A stretch of DNA of 64,000 bases from a virus. Position 1 is the stretch's first letter, and every line of letters begins with the position of its first letter. The position numbers were made by a program, and so were the translations under genes. Positions 36,034 to 46,105 of this stretch are shown here, in pieces. The stretch spans positions 1-64,000 of IMG/VR virus record IMGVR_UViG_3300032224_000679. One strand, written 5' to 3'. Under the pieces are notes generated by a model. That model made no database searches. It was not told where the DNA came from and saw only the letters and a program-made list of their open reading frames with translations.

Positions 36034-39000
36034 ATGGCAAAACTCCTTAGCGGCACAAGAATTTACGGTAACGCAACCGTTGATACGAACTTAATTGTAA
36101 GCGGTACAACTACCAGTACCACCCCATTGACGGGCGCATTAACTGTAGCTGGTGGCGCAGGCGTTGTCGGTAATTTATTTGTTGGCAATATTTTAACAGC
36201 TAGTGCAGGGCTGCAAAATACCCCAATTGGCAATTTGACAGCAAGTTCAGGTCAGTTTACTACAGTAAGTGCTACTGGAAACGTAAACGCCGCGGCATTA
36301 GCCAGCAACGGATCAATCACTGCAATAACAACATTATCAGCATTAGGGGGTGTTCAGAACACACCAATTGGTAACGTTACACCGAGTACAGCACTGTTCA
36401 CTACTGTTGGTGCAAGTGGAAATACTACAGCGTCAGCATTAACAGTTAATAACTCAGCAACCATTGGATCTACATTAGGTGTTGCGGGTACATTAACGGG
36501 TACAACTATCAATGCAGCCACATTTGGTAATTCAAGCGCAGTGTTTACCGGCGCAACCTATACAGCAACTAACTCGTTTAATGGGCCACATAACGGAACA
36601 TTGGGCTCAGCAGGCGGCAATACCGCTATAGTTAGTACTCTAAGTGCAACTGGAAACGTAACAGCAGCCGCAGTAACTAGTAACGGAAGTATAACAGCTA
36701 TTACTTCGTTGAGTGCTTTAGGTGGTATACAAGCGACCCCAATTGGTAATGTCTCACCAAGCACGGCATTGTTCACTAGTGTTGGATCGAGTGGTAACAT
36801 CACAACATCAGCATTAACAGTTAACAACTCAGCTACTATTGGCACAACGCTAAGTGTTGGTGGTATGTTACGTGCATTTGAGATATACGTAAGTCAATCT
36901 GCTGGCGACGAAGGCGGACAGATTAATTTTGCACCAGCACAAACCAACACGTCCGTAGCTGGTAATATTATAATTGATGTATTTCAAAATAAAATTAGAT
37001 TTTTTGAAAGCGGTGGTACCAACCGTGGTGCTTATCTTGATATCACTGGTGCAAATGCTGGTGTGGGTACAAACTTATTATCTGGTGGCGGATCAGGCAC
37101 ACCTGGTGGTACATCGGGGCAAGTACAATATAATTTAGGTAGCACATTTGCTGGCGCTTCTGGATTTACAGTAAGTGGTAGCAATGTGTCAATGACTGCA
37201 TTGACAGTTAATAGTTCTGCGGTCATTGGATCAACATTGGGTGTTGTCGGAAATATTGTGGCAGATATTATTGCAGCCACAAATAATGGTAACGGAACTA
37301 ATTTTAAAGTTGGTGATGATACTTGGATTGGCGATATCAACATAGCCAACACATTTCGTGTAACAGGACAACAAGATGGTACACAAGGGTATATTGTATT
37401 TGGTAATAGCAATGCATTAAGTCTTGGTAGATCTGGTACAGGTGCGTTAACTTATCAAGGTGCATTTACATCTTTAGGCGGAGTACAAGCGACGCCAATT
37501 GGCAATGCTACTGCAAGTACTGGTCAATTTACTACATTAAGTGCTACTGGTAATGTGACTGGGGCTGGACTAACAAGTAACACAAGCATAACCGCAATTA
37601 CTACACTAAATGCATTAGGTGGGTTACAAGCAACCCCAATTGGTAACGTAACACCAAGCACTGCTTTATTCACATCAGTTGTATCAAGCGGAAACATCAC
37701 AGCCGCCGCAGTAACAAGTAACGGATCGATTACCGCAGTTACCTCATTGTCTGCATTAGGTGGTTTACAAGCAACACCAATTGGTAATGTTACTGCAAGT
37801 ACAGGTCAATTTACTACAATATCAGCAACAGGTAATGTCACCGGATCTGCATTAACTAGTAACGGATCAATTACTGCAATTACTACATTAAGTTCGTTGG
37901 GCGGTATTCAGAACACACCAATCGGTAACTTAACACCGAGTACTGCTATTTTCACTAGTGAAAGCGTTAGCGGAAATAGCACAGTTAATTCTTTAACTGT
38001 TAACAACTCAGCTACTATTGGTTCTACCTTAGGTGTAGTGGGCAATATCACAGCTGGTAATATATCAACATCTGGTCCCAGCGGTAACATAACTGGCGCA
38101 AATATAATATCAGCTAATTCATTTGTGGCCGCAGTATCATTTAATGGACCACATAACGGAACACTAGGATCAGCTGGGGGTAATACAGCAATAGTCAGTA
38201 CGCTAAGTGCTACTGGTAACGCTACTGTTAATGCATTAACAGTCAATAACTCAGCGACAATTGGTACAACCTTAGGTGTAACAGGTAACATAAAAACTGG
38301 CGGAATATTAACGGATGGATATTATTATGCCAACGGATCGCCCTTCGCTGGTGGCGGCGGGTCGAGTTTTACTTCCGTTGCGGTACCAAGCCAATCTTCA
38401 TTACTGCCATCATTTAATCCAGTATTAACTTTAGCTAATTTACCAGGTTTGGTGTTTACTACAACACAATCAAACAGCACCATAACAATGGGAATGACTG
38501 GCGGAACGTTTGCTACCCCATCAGATTTTGGATTAGAAACAGGGTCAGTAACATACAGCCAAGATTTGGGTAGCATTACTGGTGCGGTAACGGAATCAGT
38601 AAATTTAAGTAAATTGGCAGTAGACGGAGTAGTTCCTGGTTCTAGCATAGTAGCAAACTCAATCACAGGCTCTACAATACAGTCAAATACCAATATTACT
38701 ACAACTGGTAACGTAACTACTGGTGCAATTTACACTGATAATTTCTTGTTTGCCAATGGTACTCCGTTGGCTAGTGCTATATTCCCGGTAGATACCATAT
38801 ATGAATTGGATGATATTTCCAATTACACAGATGGTCGATCAAATTCATTTAAGCTAACATACAATCAAGCAAATGTAACAATTAATAGTCCATTCAATTT
38901 ATTGGTTACTGTAAATGGTTTGACACAACCAGCATTTGATTTCAATCTTTACAACTCATATGGCGCACTTTGGGGCAGTTATGTATTGGGAAGTTACAAA

Positions 39001-39153
39001 GGTTATACTATAGATTCAACCAGCGGAAACATCAAATTCGCCAATACGCCGCCAATCAATTCACAAATTATGATGCGAACTGTGGTTGGCGCACCTGCAG
39101 CCACTACCAAACAATACCCTTTCAAAGCAGTAGATATACTGCTGGGCTTCTAA
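36034..39153 (+). CDS. Repetitive fibre protein 4 (1039 aa)
   Basis: Same TPIGN repeats; C-terminal domain LDDIS..DG..F.L...NLLVTVNG..Q.P...IKFANTPP. Confidence 0.8.
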   Translation: MAKLLSGTRIYGNATVDTNLIVSGTTTSTTPLTGALTVAGGAGVVGNLFVGNILTASAGLQNTPIGNLTASSGQFTTVSATGNVNAAALASNGSITAITTLSALGGVQNTPIGNVTPSTALFTTVGASGNTTASALTVNNSATIGSTLGVAGTLTGTTINAATFGNSSAVFTGATYTATNSFNGPHNGTLGSAGGNTAIVSTLSATGNVTAAAVTSNGSITAITSLSALGGIQATPIGNVSPSTALFTSVGSSGNITTSALTVNNSATIGTTLSVGGMLRAFEIYVSQSAGDEGGQINFAPAQTNTSVAGNIIIDVFQNKIRFFESGGTNRGAYLDITGANAGVGTNLLSGGGSGTPGGTSGQVQYNLGSTFAGASGFTVSGSNVSMTALTVNSSAVIGSTLGVVGNIVADIIAATNNGNGTNFKVGDDTWIGDINIANTFRVTGQQDGTQGYIVFGNSNALSLGRSGTGALTYQGAFTSLGGVQATPIGNATASTGQFTTLSATGNVTGAGLTSNTSITAITTLNALGGLQATPIGNVTPSTALFTSVVSSGNITAAAVTSNGSITAVTSLSALGGLQATPIGNVTASTGQFTTISATGNVTGSALTSNGSITAITTLSSLGGIQNTPIGNLTPSTAIFTSESVSGNSTVNSLTVNNSATIGSTLGVVGNITAGNISTSGPSGNITGANIISANSFVAAVSFNGPHNGTLGSAGGNTAIVSTLSATGNATVNALTVNNSATIGTTLGVTGNIKTGGILTDGYYYANGSPFAGGGGSSFTSVAVPSQSSLLPSFNPVLTLANLPGLVFTTTQSNSTITMGMTGGTFATPSDFGLETGSVTYSQDLGSITGAVTESVNLSKLAVDGVVPGSSIVANSITGSTIQSNTNITTTGNVTTGAIYTDNFLFANGTPLASAIFPVDTIYELDDISNYTDGRSNSFKLTYNQANVTINSPFNLLVTVNGLTQPAFDFNLYNSYGALWGSYVLGSYKGYTIDSTSGNIKFANTPPINSQIMMRTVVGAPAATTKQYPFKAVDILLGF

Positions 39154-39162
39154 CTGAAACGA

Positions 39163-39168
39163 TAAATA
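39163..39168 (+). promoter_or_regulatory. Late promoter motif TAAATA
   Basis: Upstream of SD GGAG and ATG 39198. Confidence 0.6.
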
Positions 39169-39197
39169 TTATGAAATATTCCCGGAGAATTCATTAA

Positions 39198-42100
39198 ATG
39201 GCAAGAAAAGCAATATTAGACACATATTATGTCTTTACACCCTCAACAAGAACTATTGTAATCCCGCGAGCCATCCCACGTGAACGACTAGTTTTAATTA
39301 CTGATGTAACAACTAATCAAGTTATTTTTAACTTCAGTGATTCAACCTTGTCGGCTACATCGTACACTATAACAAACGATGGATTGGGTAATGCAAACAC
39401 AACTATTGTTCTAGCATACAATACTACAAATTTATCGGCCACTGATAAGTTGCAGATTCTAATAGATGAATATGCAGAATCAATGAAGCCCAATGAAGAA
39501 TACACTGATCCAGTTAACAAGTTCAGAGTCTCAACACCGCAGGCTTTGATTGACACTGACTTTGAATATGGCACACAGTCAACAAAATGGGAAAGTCTTT
39601 CCCTTTTAAACAATATTCCTTTTGCTTATTATAATCTAAATAATCCTATTACTATCACAAACGTTTCTGCAACCAACGGGTCCAGAAATGTTGTGGTTGC
39701 AACAACAACACCACCCGCTGGCGGTGTTCCAGTATATATACAAGATACAAATTGGTCAGGTGCAGATGGATTATATATTGTTGATTCTAATATTGCCAGT
39801 ACAAGTTTTTCTTACACAGCCCGTGTAGCTTACACTGGTGCAACAGGCACTATTTACAATGCTGCACAAACTGCCGTATATCAAGGTAATATTTTTAGTA
39901 ATGCTAATATTGGTATTTCTACAGTAGTTGCAAATGGAACCAATGCTTCCAATGTTCAAATTACTACTTCAGTACCGCACGGTCTAAGCATAGGTAATGA
40001 AGTTGCAGTGGTAGGAACTTCAGCCACAACATTCTCCCCTAACGGATCATGGATTGTATCAACTATTTCTAACTCTACAGCTTTCTCTGTTTATACTACT
40101 AGTGCTCCCACTGGATCTATAACAGCTCCTACAGGAGCTAACGTATATGTTAGACCGCAAGGACAAACAATACACAGGGCATTTGACGGCGGCGTACAAT
40201 TTAGTACATTTGCTGCCAGCCACAATCATCAAATGGTTCGACAAACACGTAGATATTTCCGCTATCAGTCTGGTAAAGGTATACAAATGAGTACTGGTAG
40301 TATTTTAAAACCTAACTTTAATGTGGACTCGATAACCAGTTCAGGTACCACAGTGACCGTAGTTACAAAAATTCAGCATAATATAAACATGGGCGCTACA
40401 ATACAAATTAGTGGATGTAACGAAACAGCTTACAATGGTACATTCAGTGTTACTGCTGTACTAGATGCTTATAGATTTACGTATACAACACTATCAACCC
40501 CAACGGCGGCCCAAGCTAGTGGAAACTATGTTTTAGCTGTTACTGGATGGTACGGCGCTAGTACCCGTGTTGGTATGTTTGATAGCCAAAACGGTATTTT
40601 CTTTGAATTTGACGGACAAAGTTTATTTGCAGTAAGACGTAGTTCAACCTATCAACTCAGTGGATTTATCGCAGCTACTCCAGGTAGTAGCACTATAACT
40701 GGGATAAGCATAAACGGCGTCACCACAGCTTTTAGTAAACAGTTACAACCTAATGACTTCGTTGTAATTAGAGGTATGAGTTATCGTGTTCTTAATATTG
40801 CTAGCGATACATCTCTCACTGTTACTCCTGCATACAGAGGATCTGTGGCAGTTACTCAGGGTGTAATGAGTAAGACCATTGACTACAAAATTCCAAGTAA
40901 TTTATGGAATATTGATCGTTGTGACGGAACTGGCCCCAGTGGATTTTCAGTAGATCTTACTAAGATGGAAATGTTTTATTTAGATTATAGTTGGTATGGT
41001 GCTGGTTTTATTCGTTGGGGTTTCAGAGGTCCTGACGGTAACGTTATTTACTGCCATAAACTTGTCAACAATAATGTAAACTACGAAGCGTATATGCGTT
41101 CAGGCAACTTACCTGGTCGTTATGAAACAAATACATTTAGTAAGTCTGCAATACTTACTAAAGACATGGGTTCTGCAAATACCGTTGCATACCTATCAGA
41201 TACAATGAATTGGCCTCCAATTGGAACTTTAGTAATTCGAAATGCCAATCAAGTTGAGTATGTGAACTATACAGCAAAATCTCAAGATGCGCTGTTACCG
41301 TTTACATTAACGTCGGGTAATACTGTAGTTACTGGCACAAATACAACAGGTATTGTTGCAGGTATGTTTGTTATGGGCAACGGCATACCAACCGGATCTA
41401 CGGTACAGAGTGTAGTTGCAGGAACATCAGTGACGTTAAGTCAACCTGTTACAATTACTGGATTACAAACACTAACGTTTAATCCTCAACTTGTTAATCT
41501 AACTAGAGCACAACCTGGCGGCAACTTGACATTTACTACTACGGCAAATAGTATAACTGCTACTGGGTCAGTGACTAGTGGTGTGCAAATTGGACAATAT
41601 ATTATTGGAACAGGAATACAACCAGGAACTCAAGTGAATGCGTTTGTAACTAATACTAGTATTACAATGAACCAAGCTGCCACAGCTAGCGGAACAGTAA
41701 CATTAACATTTGCCCCGATGGGTAATACAACAGCACAAACATTTAGTTATAGTGCAACTGCTCCTACTGCTGTAGAATTACAAGCACCACAATTTGCAGC
41801 CACCATCAGTCATTGGGGTACATCAGTTATTATGGACGGACGCTTTGATGATGATAAATCTTTCGTGTTTACACAGGGTCAAACGTCTTCAACAGTTATT
41901 GCTCCTGGTGTAAGAAATGTGCTACAAAGTTTCCGTATTGCACCATCGGTGAGTAATGGTGTTACATCAGCTACACTAGGTAGCAGGGAACTTATTAATC
42001 GTATGCAGATGGTTTTGCGTCAGATGGACTTGTACTCAAATGGTAGCTTCTTGGTACAGTTGGTACTTAACGGAGTGGTTGGCAACACAGCCAGCGGTAC

Positions 42101-42422
42101 TAATGCTACATGGCTCAGTGTAGGCGGTTCGAGTTTAGCGCAATATATTAATCATGGAACTAACGTTGGTATTAATGGCGGCGAAACAATTTTCGGCTTC
42201 TTCTTAAATTCATCAGCTGGTGCTTCAACATTCGGTGCATCACAGCAAGACTTGATATTAGTTCGAGACATGGGTACTAGTATTTTAAGTGGAGGATCCA
42301 CAGTGGCCAACTTGAATATATACCCAGATGGTCCTGACCAAGTTCACACTGTTGTACAAAACTTAGGAACATCGAATGCCAACGTTTTTGCTCGTATGAG
42401 TTGGACAGAAGCACAAGCGTAA
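39198..42422 (+). CDS. Large multidomain virion structural protein (1074 aa)
   Basis: DPVNKFRVSTPQALIDTDFEYG, RQTRRYFRYQSGKG, YSWYGAGFIRWG core with several small beta-domain repeats (e.g. HGLSIGNEVAVVG). Confidence 0.75.
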   Translation: MARKAILDTYYVFTPSTRTIVIPRAIPRERLVLITDVTTNQVIFNFSDSTLSATSYTITNDGLGNANTTIVLAYNTTNLSATDKLQILIDEYAESMKPNEEYTDPVNKFRVSTPQALIDTDFEYGTQSTKWESLSLLNNIPFAYYNLNNPITITNVSATNGSRNVVVATTTPPAGGVPVYIQDTNWSGADGLYIVDSNIASTSFSYTARVAYTGATGTIYNAAQTAVYQGNIFSNANIGISTVVANGTNASNVQITTSVPHGLSIGNEVAVVGTSATTFSPNGSWIVSTISNSTAFSVYTTSAPTGSITAPTGANVYVRPQGQTIHRAFDGGVQFSTFAASHNHQMVRQTRRYFRYQSGKGIQMSTGSILKPNFNVDSITSSGTTVTVVTKIQHNINMGATIQISGCNETAYNGTFSVTAVLDAYRFTYTTLSTPTAAQASGNYVLAVTGWYGASTRVGMFDSQNGIFFEFDGQSLFAVRRSSTYQLSGFIAATPGSSTITGISINGVTTAFSKQLQPNDFVVIRGMSYRVLNIASDTSLTVTPAYRGSVAVTQGVMSKTIDYKIPSNLWNIDRCDGTGPSGFSVDLTKMEMFYLDYSWYGAGFIRWGFRGPDGNVIYCHKLVNNNVNYEAYMRSGNLPGRYETNTFSKSAILTKDMGSANTVAYLSDTMNWPPIGTLVIRNANQVEYVNYTAKSQDALLPFTLTSGNTVVTGTNTTGIVAGMFVMGNGIPTGSTVQSVVAGTSVTLSQPVTITGLQTLTFNPQLVNLTRAQPGGNLTFTTTANSITATGSVTSGVQIGQYIIGTGIQPGTQVNAFVTNTSITMNQAATASGTVTLTFAPMGNTTAQTFSYSATAPTAVELQAPQFAATISHWGTSVIMDGRFDDDKSFVFTQGQTSSTVIAPGVRNVLQSFRIAPSVSNGVTSATLGSRELINRMQMVLRQMDLYSNGSFLVQLVLNGVVGNTASGTNATWLSVGGSSLAQYINHGTNVGINGGETIFGFFLNSSAGASTFGASQQDLILVRDMGTSILSGGSTVANLNIYPDGPDQVHTVVQNLGTSNANVFARMSWTEAQA

Positions 42423-42450
42423 TTGACAGTAATATAGGATAATAATAAAA

Positions 42451-43881
42451 ATGGCAACCCAAATACAGTTTAGACGTGGAACAACAGCAGAAAACAATGC
42501 CTTTACTGGTGCCTTGGCTGAAATTACTGTAGATACTACTCTGAGTGTGGTAAGGGTACATGATGGATCCACTGTTGGTGGGTTTCAACTAGTTGGTGCA
42601 AATTCAGCACAAAACTTAAACAATAAAACTTTTGGTACCACAACATTTAGTCCTAACATATCTGTATTACAGAGTTTGTTTGTTGGTAGTACAGCCAACA
42701 CCACAACCTATTCTAATCCTACATTAGTTATTAAAGCAGCAAATACTAGTTCATCGTCTTACATTCAAGCTGCCATGGTCAATAGCACCAGCAGTGGTGC
42801 AAGTCGATGGATCGCTTATGCAGACAACGGAACAGATTTAAGTGGATGGACTGCAATTGGAACAACTGGTTCTACATTTGCCAATGCTAGTTATACTATA
42901 ATTGGAAAAACTGACGGATTTGTATTTTCAAATGGAATATCAGGTTATGGCGGCAACTTAGTTATTGCCACTGGCGTGGGTGGCGGAGCCAACAGCGATA
43001 TTATTTTTGGTGCAAATGGATTTACTTCAACAGATGAAAAATTTAGATATGTAAGTAGTACTAATTCTCTGAAACCATATGGTAACTTGGCTATGAGCTT
43101 AGGAACTACTACTAATTGGTATGGTAACCTCTATTCTGGTAATGCTAGTATTAGCACATTGACAGCAGGAACTTTCTCGGTAAGTAACTTTAATGTTGCT
43201 GGTCCTATTACATTGAACAGTAGTGGTAATGCTTCTGCAATTATTAATGGCGGAGCGAACGGCGTCGGTAACATTGGATCAAGTATTGCACAATTTAATA
43301 CAATCTATGCCACAGCCGCACAATTAACCGGCAATTTAACTTTTGGAAATATCGTTGGTAATGCCAATATTACTGGCTCAATAGTAATTGGATCCACCAA
43401 CAATGCCACAGTAATAGTTAACGCTGGTACGAGCGGCTCAGGTAATATTGGTGCAACTGGAGCTACTTTTAACACTGTATTTGCTAAAGCGACAACTGCA
43501 CAATACGCTGACTTGGCAGAATACTATTCTAGTGATAATGTATATCCTCCAGGAACAGTGGTTGATTTTGGCGGCACTGCTGAAGTCACACTAAGCACAA
43601 AAGATATGAGTACAAAGGTAGCAGGTGTAATTTCTACCGAACCTGGATTTTTAATGAACTCAGTATGGGATGGTGGCGGCAAGGTAGTGGCAGTGGCATT
43701 AACAGGTCGTGTACCTTGCTTGGTTACAGGTAATATTTCTGCAGGGGATATGGTAGTCAGTGCTGGAAACGGATATGCTAGAGCAGAATCTAATCCTAAA
43801 TTGGGTAGTGTAATTGGTAAAGCACTGTCTAACTTTACTGGCAACCGCGGTGTAATCGAAGTAGTTGTTGGAAGACTTTAA
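42451..43881 (+). CDS. Fibre/spike protein with Mtd-N-like N-terminus and a C-terminal chaperone-like domain
   Basis: MATQIQFRRGTTAENNAFTGALAEITVDT...VHDG; C-terminal ADLAEYY..GTVVDFGG..VAGVIST.PG..VALTGRVPC..IGKAL. Confidence 0.75.
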   Translation: MATQIQFRRGTTAENNAFTGALAEITVDTTLSVVRVHDGSTVGGFQLVGANSAQNLNNKTFGTTTFSPNISVLQSLFVGSTANTTTYSNPTLVIKAANTSSSSYIQAAMVNSTSSGASRWIAYADNGTDLSGWTAIGTTGSTFANASYTIIGKTDGFVFSNGISGYGGNLVIATGVGGGANSDIIFGANGFTSTDEKFRYVSSTNSLKPYGNLAMSLGTTTNWYGNLYSGNASISTLTAGTFSVSNFNVAGPITLNSSGNASAIINGGANGVGNIGSSIAQFNTIYATAAQLTGNLTFGNIVGNANITGSIVIGSTNNATVIVNAGTSGSGNIGATGATFNTVFAKATTAQYADLAEYYSSDNVYPPGTVVDFGGTAEVTLSTKDMSTKVAGVISTEPGFLMNSVWDGGGKVVAVALTGRVPCLVTGNISAGDMVVSAGNGYARAESNPKLGSVIGKALSNFTGNRGVIEVVVGRL

Positions 43882-44312
43882 TCTAATAGAGATTCCAAAG
43901 TCTTTAACTTATCTTTACTTGCTTTAATTTTAATAGTTCTATAAACACCTGGGTGTAATGGCTTGGGGTGATCTTCTAATGGTACCCAGCAATATCCACG
44001 GTGTTCGTCATTTAGCACAGGTACAAATTCTTCTTCTACTTTAACTAAAAATGTATGATAAACAAATTTACCATTATCACTGGTAAATTGTTCAACGGGA
44101 ACATATTTTGCATCTTTGATTATGCCGCCCAGTTCTTCTTGTATCTCTCGCTCTAGTCCCTGTTGTACAGTCTCATTGAGTTCAATTTTTCCGCCAACAA
44201 GCCCCCAAGTATTTGAGTAGCGCCCATTGCTTCGTAATAAAAAAAGATATCTGTTAGTGGTGGTGCAATATATCATCGCACCGCATCCAGATTTTATATG
44301 ATTAGTTGCCAT
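43878..44312 (-). CDS. NUDIX hydrolase
   Basis: Nudix box GGKIELNETVQQGLEREIQEELG; LNDEH and LHPG. Confidence 0.92.
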   Translation of the reverse strand: MATNHIKSGCGAMIYCTTTNRYLFLLRSNGRYSNTWGLVGGKIELNETVQQGLEREIQEELGGIIKDAKYVPVEQFTSDNGKFVYHTFLVKVEEEFVPVLNDEHRGYCWVPLEDHPKPLHPGVYRTIKIKASKDKLKTLESLLD

Positions 44313-46105
44313 TGTCCTGCAGGATAATATCCTTCGTAACTCTTAGCCCAACTTACACCATCCCATCGATATTGTGTGCCAGTAGTCATATTAGTCACGT
44401 AGTTAACTCCGGGAGTGCTGGAAGCAATAAATGCTCTATACCAGTGCTGACCGTTGTATTGAATTATATCATTAGCATACGCTTCTAATCGAGTTCCGTC
44501 AATACCTAACCAGTTATAAACTGAAGCATTTGCACCAATGTCAGCTGAATAGTAGTCATTGACTAAAAGATATCTAGTGCTGTCCACTAGTTTTTGTAAG
44601 TCTTTATTGGGTCTTGAACTTATGGGATCAATAATAGCATTAACTGGAGCAATAGTATTAACTGGCAGTGTATCAATGTCGGGACTATACAATAACACAG
44701 TGTCGTCTATTGGGTTGTAAGCAACAGTGCCAACAACTTCATTGCCATCTGCTAGTTCAAGTTTAACTTGACTACTGCCATTTACAAGATTTCCGTAAAC
44801 GTTGATTAAATCTCTCCATGGCTCTTCTGCACCGTATTTGTGTGTGGTTGCAGTGAATACAATCTTAGCATTAGCTGGTGCAGTAACAATGTTACTGGTT
44901 ACAATAGAATGTCCAGAAGTAGAAATAACTCTGGTGTTACTTGCTGTGATTGTTTGGAGATAACTGTAACCCACATTACTGATATTACCAGTCAAATTAC
45001 TGGATACAGTAACACTGGTATTACTGGCAACGTTAGTGACATACCCTAAATCGTATGCATTATAAAACATCAATGTACCAATACTCAAATCAGATAAAAA
45101 TGTTGTTCCATTTCCTGTAATAACATTGCTGTTGATATTTCCAGTGATAGTCCCGGCACCAGTAAAATCTAAACCAGAAACTAACATACCAGGCTCGACA
45201 CCATCTGCATTGTCTAGTGTAAAGTTAGTGGCAGCAGTTACATTGGCAGCTAGAGTTTTTACAATTTGTTGCCCAAACTCATCTACAACACCAGAATTAT
45301 ACTTGACTAGTCTCAACGTATTTTCAAATAAGATTACACCGTATTGTAATGGAGTAAACTGCTGTCTACTTAATAAGTTTGCTTCGTTATAAATTGCTTC
45401 ATCTATGTTACCGTCGGCATCAAAAATACTAGCAACAATCTTTTGTATAACACCCAATTTTTTAACAAGTGCAGGACTACTGACAAAAATTGGTAATTCA
45501 AAAGTTAATGTAGCAACGTCAATGGGACTGTCAGCACCAACAGGCACAGTCCTCGAGCTCCATTGTACACTGGTTAATAGAACATAAGTTAAACTAGTCC
45601 AATCAATGTAGTTGTCTGTGCTTTGAATTTCCAATGCTGGATTGAATAATGTGCAAAGTTGTTCCAACAACTGTAATTTTTGTTCAGTGTTACTGGTCCA
45701 AATATCTAACTTCAATGTTAGTTTATAAGGCACAGGCATTAATCGTTCAACTGTAAAAGTATCACCTTGTTGAGTACTGTAATCGCCAGTTTCTGGATCG
45801 TAGTATCGCTCACGCAGGTTTAATTTTCCAACATAAGTAGGATTTTGTACACGAGCTCTATCGTAGTCCATACCACCAATATACACAGCCATAGCAGGCA
45901 CAGCGTTAAGCATGTTTTCACTGTTTTGTTTTATGATAGTTGCAGCTTGTCTACTACTATCACCATAGATGACAGGTACACGTTGTAGGGCAGTTACGCC
46001 ATTTCTATCGCGCCCAAACTCAACTTGGAAATTAGATACCATACGAATAAACTGTATGATGTATCGTCTAATTTGTTGGTCATAAAAAAACTGTTGAAGT
46101 GCCAT
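44294..46105 (-). CDS. Tail terminator / sheath stabiliser, T4 gp15-like, with inserted domains
   Basis: FFYDQQIRRYIIQF, RVPVIYG, PVPYKLTLKLDIWT, QLLEQLCTLFNP. Confidence 0.8.
   Translation of the reverse strand: MALQQFFYDQQIRRYIIQFIRMVSNFQVEFGRDRNGVTALQRVPVIYGDSSRQAATIIKQNSENMLNAVPAMAVYIGGMDYDRARVQNPTYVGKLNLRERYYDPETGDYSTQQGDTFTVERLMPVPYKLTLKLDIWTSNTEQKLQLLEQLCTLFNPALEIQSTDNYIDWTSLTYVLLTSVQWSSRTVPVGADSPIDVATLTFELPIFVSSPALVKKLGVIQKIVASIFDADGNIDEAIYNEANLLSRQQFTPLQYGVILFENTLRLVKYNSGVVDEFGQQIVKTLAANVTAATNFTLDNADGVEPGMLVSGLDFTGAGTITGNINSNVITGNGTTFLSDLSIGTLMFYNAYDLGYVTNVASNTSVTVSSNLTGNISNVGYSYLQTITASNTRVISTSGHSIVTSNIVTAPANAKIVFTATTHKYGAEEPWRDLINVYGNLVNGSSQVKLELADGNEVVGTVAYNPIDDTVLLYSPDIDTLPVNTIAPVNAIIDPISSRPNKDLQKLVDSTRYLLVNDYYSADIGANASVYNWLGIDGTRLEAYANDIIQYNGQHWYRAFIASSTPGVNYVTNMTTGTQYRWDGVSWAKSYEGYYPAGQWQLII

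Larger units (their letters stand above)
21240..38290 (+). repeat. Dispersed/tandem coding repeat, core unit 47 aa (141 bp): GG[IL]Q[ANS]TPIGNV[TA][PA]S...
   Basis: About 40 TP[IV]GN-type copies by eye count across four genes; adjacent units start at 24528 and 24669 (141 bp apart); a second motif SFNGP[LH]NGTLGSAGGNTAIV is interspersed. Confidence 0.9.

Noticed and set aside
19022-39153. CRISPR array or diversity-generating retroelement in the repeat-rich region
   Set aside because: The repeats are in-frame coding units varying mainly at synonymous sites, with no constant repeat/unique spacer pattern. I see no adenine-specific TR/VR pair and no reverse transcriptase in the window
17626-43844. 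Numerous minus-strand ORFs (Val/Pro/Leu/Ala-rich) opposite the fibre genes
   Set aside because: They are shadows of Thr/Gly/Asn/Ser codon bias on the coding strand, with no SD or promoter support
42451-43881. Mtd-like protein as a DGR target
   Set aside because: Only the N-terminal anchor resembles Mtd; the C-terminus is a chaperone-like domain and no template repeat is visible
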